36,963 bases of DNA, from assembly GCA_044220955.1 (NCBI GenBank), contig JBGAQA010000067.1, forward strand, positions 1 through 36,963. The letters run 5' to 3'. Shown here in pieces: positions 34,476-36,963 of the stretch. A model generated the notes under the pieces. It made no database searches, was not told where the DNA came from, and saw nothing but the letters and a program-made list of their open reading frames with translations. The stretch comes from Sandaracinaceae bacterium. GTDB taxonomy: Bacteria; Myxococcota_A; Polyangia; Polyangiales; Sandaracinaceae. The position numbers and the translations under genes were made by a program. The number at the start of each line of letters is the position of its first letter. Positions within the stretch are counted from its first letter, which is position 1.

Positions 34476-35099
34476 TCAGGCGGCCTCGGCCGCGGGCGCC
34501 GGCGCGGCGCCACGCTTCTTGCTGGCGCGCGAGCGGATCCACAAGAAGGCCCCGAGCGCGCCCGCCGCGCACGCGAGCACGAGCAGCACCGGCATCACGA
34601 ACACGAGCGCGAGCATCGCCGCCGCGACGCCGTCCTCGGCGAACGAGAGCATCGGGTTCGCGAGGCCGAAGGTGAACGTCGACGACGCCGCGCGCGCGGC
34701 GAGCTTCGTCGCGTGCGGCACCATCGCCGTGGGTGCGCCGACGCAGAGCCCGAGCACGCACGCGACGAGCGGGCTGTCGATCTCGTACATCGTGGAGGCC
34801 GCCAGGAGCGCGCCCGCGGCCGGGCGGACGACGGTGCCGATCGCGTCGAGCGTGTGGTCGACCGCGGGGATCTTGTCACCCACCAGCTCCACGACGCTCG
34901 CGACGCCGAAGAGGCCGATGGCCGGCCAGGACGCGACGAACTGGAACGAGTCGCCGAGGTGGACGACGCCCAGGCGCGCCATGACGCCCGCGGCCAGCAG
35001 CGGCAGCCAGGCGCGGATCCCGGCGACGGCGGCGAGGCCGACCGCGAGGGCGAGCGTCCCGGTCCAGGTTCCGATCGAGCTCCAATCGATGGCGTCCAT
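34476..35099 (-). CDS. DUF4126-like membrane protein
   Basis: GLAAVAGIRAWLPLL, ELVGDKIPAVDHTLD..GTVVRPAAGA and NPMLSFAED. Confidence 0.85.
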   Translation of the reverse strand: MDAIDWSSIGTWTGTLALAVGLAAVAGIRAWLPLLAAGVMARLGVVHLGDSFQFVASWPAIGLFGVASVVELVGDKIPAVDHTLDAIGTVVRPAAGALLAASTMYEIDSPLVACVLGLCVGAPTAMVPHATKLAARAASSTFTFGLANPMLSFAEDGVAAAMLALVFVMPVLLVLACAAGALGAFLWIRSRASKKRGAAPAPAAEAA

Positions 35100-35180
35100 G
35101 ATGGCCTTTCGACGCGGCCGGCCCGCGATTCTTCGAGATCTTACGCCGTCGCCGCCGAATTCGCCCGCCGGAGGTCGCGG

Positions 35181-35744
35181 TCAACGCTTGAAATACGCGA
35201 CCGTGTCCGGGCGAAAGAGGACGTAGAGCCACCAGGCGTTGGCGCCCATCACGACCGTGGCGACGACCGCGTAGCCGCTCTGGCCGCGCATGGCCACGAA
35301 CAGCATCGCGGCCAGGCCGATGCCGAGCACGCCACCCGCGATCGCGAGCGTGCGCGCCCAGGGCTTGCCGGTGACCAGCGCCCCCATCGTCCCGAGCTGC
35401 AGGACCAGGGTCAGGACGCTGCGGGTGTGCACGGCCTCCGCGACGTCGATCAGGCCCAGGACGGCGACGGTCGCGAGGAAGATCCCGGGCAGATCGCGGG
35501 TGCCGGTCGGCGCGGCCGCCGCGACCGAGCCGGCCGGGAGCGGCGCGCTCGGAGGCGGCGGCGCCACGAACGACGCGCGGCCCGTCTCGATCACGGTCGG
35601 CTGCGTGCTGTCGGCGCGCGAGGTCCCGGCGTCGGCCAGGATGTTCCCGTCGGCGTCCACCTGGCCGCAGTTGGGGCACGTGTAGACGCCGAAGCGCAGG
35701 AGCGTGAGGTCGGCGGTGCGGCAGCGCTCGCAGCGGAGGCCCAT
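35181..35744 (-). CDS. Hypothetical protein with an N-terminal zinc ribbon and C-terminal membrane domain
   Basis: CERC...CPNC, a Pro-rich linker and about four TM helices. Confidence 0.75.
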   Translation of the reverse strand: MGLRCERCRTADLTLLRFGVYTCPNCGQVDADGNILADAGTSRADSTQPTVIETGRASFVAPPPPSAPLPAGSVAAAAPTGTRDLPGIFLATVAVLGLIDVAEAVHTRSVLTLVLQLGTMGALVTGKPWARTLAIAGGVLGIGLAAMLFVAMRGQSGYAVVATVVMGANAWWLYVLFRPDTVAYFKR

Positions 35745-35800
35745 CCCCCGAGGCTACTTTCTGTCGCGCGTCGGCCGCAACGATCCTACCTTCGGCCGCC

Positions 35801-36963
35801 ATGATCCCCCGCTACACCCCCGCCGAGTACGAAGAGCTCTGGAGCCCGATCGCCCGCTACCGCACCTGGCTCGAGATCGAGCTCGCCGCCTGCGAGGCGA
35901 TGGAGCGGGCCGGGGTGGTGCCGACGGGGACTGCGGCGAGCGTGCGGCCCGCGATGGAGAAGCTCAGCCCGGAGCGGATCGACGAGATCGAGCTCGAGAC
36001 CAGGCACGACGTGATCGCGTTCCTCACGCACGTCGAGGAGCTCGCCGGCCCGCCGGCGCGCTGGCTGCACCGCGGGATGACGTCGAGCGACGTGCTCGAC
36101 ACCTCGCTGGCGCTGCTCCTCGTGCGCGCGACCGACGGCATGCTGAAGCGGCTCGACCTGCTGCTGGCGGCGCTGGCCAAGCGCGCGCGCGAGCACGCGA
36201 GCACGCCCATGATCGGCCGATCGCACGGCATCCACGCCGAGCCGACGACGTTCGGCGTCGCGCTCGCGGGGCACCACGCCGAGCTGGCGCGCGGGCGGGA
36301 GCGCCTGAGGGCGGCGCGGGCCGAGATCGCCTTCGGCAAGATCGCGGGCGCGGTCGGGACCTACGCGCACCTCACGCCGGCGATCGAGGCCGACGCGCTC
36401 GGCAAGCTCGGGCTCTCGCCGGAGACCGTGGCGACGCAGATCGTCCCCCGCGACCGGCACGCGGCGCTGCACCTCGCGATGGCGCTCGTCGCGGCGGGGA
36501 TCGAGCGCTTCGCGACCAACGTGCGGCACTGGCAGCGCACGGAGGTGCTCGAGGCCGAGGAGCCCTTCGCGAAGGGCCAGAAGGGCTCGAGCGCGATGCC
36601 CCACAAGCGCAACCCGATCCTCAGCGAGAACCTGTGCGGCCTGGCGCGCGTCGTGCGTGCCGCAGCGATCCCCGCGCTCGAGAACGTGGCGCTCTGGCAC
36701 GAGCGGGACATCAGCCACTCGGGCGCCGAGCGCGTGATCATCCCCGACTCGCTGATCCTCATCGACTACCTGCAGCACCTTGCGATCCGCGTCGTCAGCG
36801 GGCTCGTCGTCGACGCGGAACGGATGCGGGCGAACATCGACCTGACGCACGGCGCGCTGTTCAGCCAGCGCGTGCTGCTTGCGCTCGTCGCGCAGGGACG
36901 CACGCGCGACGAGGCCTACCGCATCGCGCAGGAGTCCGCGCAGGAGGCGTGGGACACTGCCAC
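35801..36963 (+). CDS. purB: Adenylosuccinate lyase (partial, runs off the right edge)
   Basis: Manual translation: MIPRYTP..., [31 protein letters not shown], signature [11 protein letters not shown] and [10 protein letters not shown]. Absent from the ORF track because there is no stop in the window. Confidence 0.96.
   Translation, partial: MIPRYTPAEYEELWSPIARYRTWLEIELAACEAMERAGVVPTGTAASVRPAMEKLSPERIDEIELETRHDVIAFLTHVEELAGPPARWLHRGMTSSDVLDTSLALLLVRATDGMLKRLDLLLAALAKRAREHASTPMIGRSHGIHAEPTTFGVALAGHHAELARGRERLRAARAEIAFGKIAGAVGTYAHLTPAIEADALGKLGLSPETVATQIVPRDRHAALHLAMALVAAGIERFATNVRHWQRTEVLEAEEPFAKGQKGSSAMPHKRNPILSENLCGLARVVRAAAIPALENVALWHERDISHSGAERVIIPDSLILIDYLQHLAIRVVSGLVVDAERMRANIDLTHGALFSQRVLLALVAQGRTRDEAYRIAQESAQEAWDTA

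Noticed and set aside
35786..36850. 354-aa minus-strand track ORF
   Set aside because: It is the antisense shadow of purB on the plus strand.

Overview
High-GC, gene-dense bacterial DNA whose content (Hanks Ser/Thr kinases, an FHA hybrid kinase, PEGA/FG-GAP proteins, Cys-rich and DAG-repeat lipoproteins, an AgmX-type C-terminal domain) points to a myxobacterium, probably Polyangiales/Sandaracinaceae-like (inference). The main feature is a ~9.4 kb signalling island (1-9375). It holds a flagellar-type transcription cascade with no flagellar structural or chemotaxis gene in the window: a FleQ/FlrA-like sigma54 activator, a sigma54 promoter with candidate enhancer boxes in front of a FliA/WhiG-family sigma28, and a 59-aa FlgM-like anti-sigma missing from the ORF track. 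Four equally spaced sigma28-type promoters precede flgM, a REC-GGDEF cyclase, a REC-EAL/kinase-PilZ operon, and a receiver/pseudo-histidine kinase/FHA hybrid kinase operon. An orphan SctJ/YscJ-type ring lipoprotein lies about 2 kb away, followed by a pseudokinase-GYF-TM-AgmX-like fusion. The rest is mostly ordinary: MBL hydrolase, TPR/PEGA, FG-GAP, NtrC-type regulator, TetR, USP, crotonase, APC permease, EamA, lipB, tnaA, DUF4126-like and a partial purB. I saw no rRNA, tRNA, CRISPR array or transposase. All family calls come from motif recognition by eye; no database search was run.
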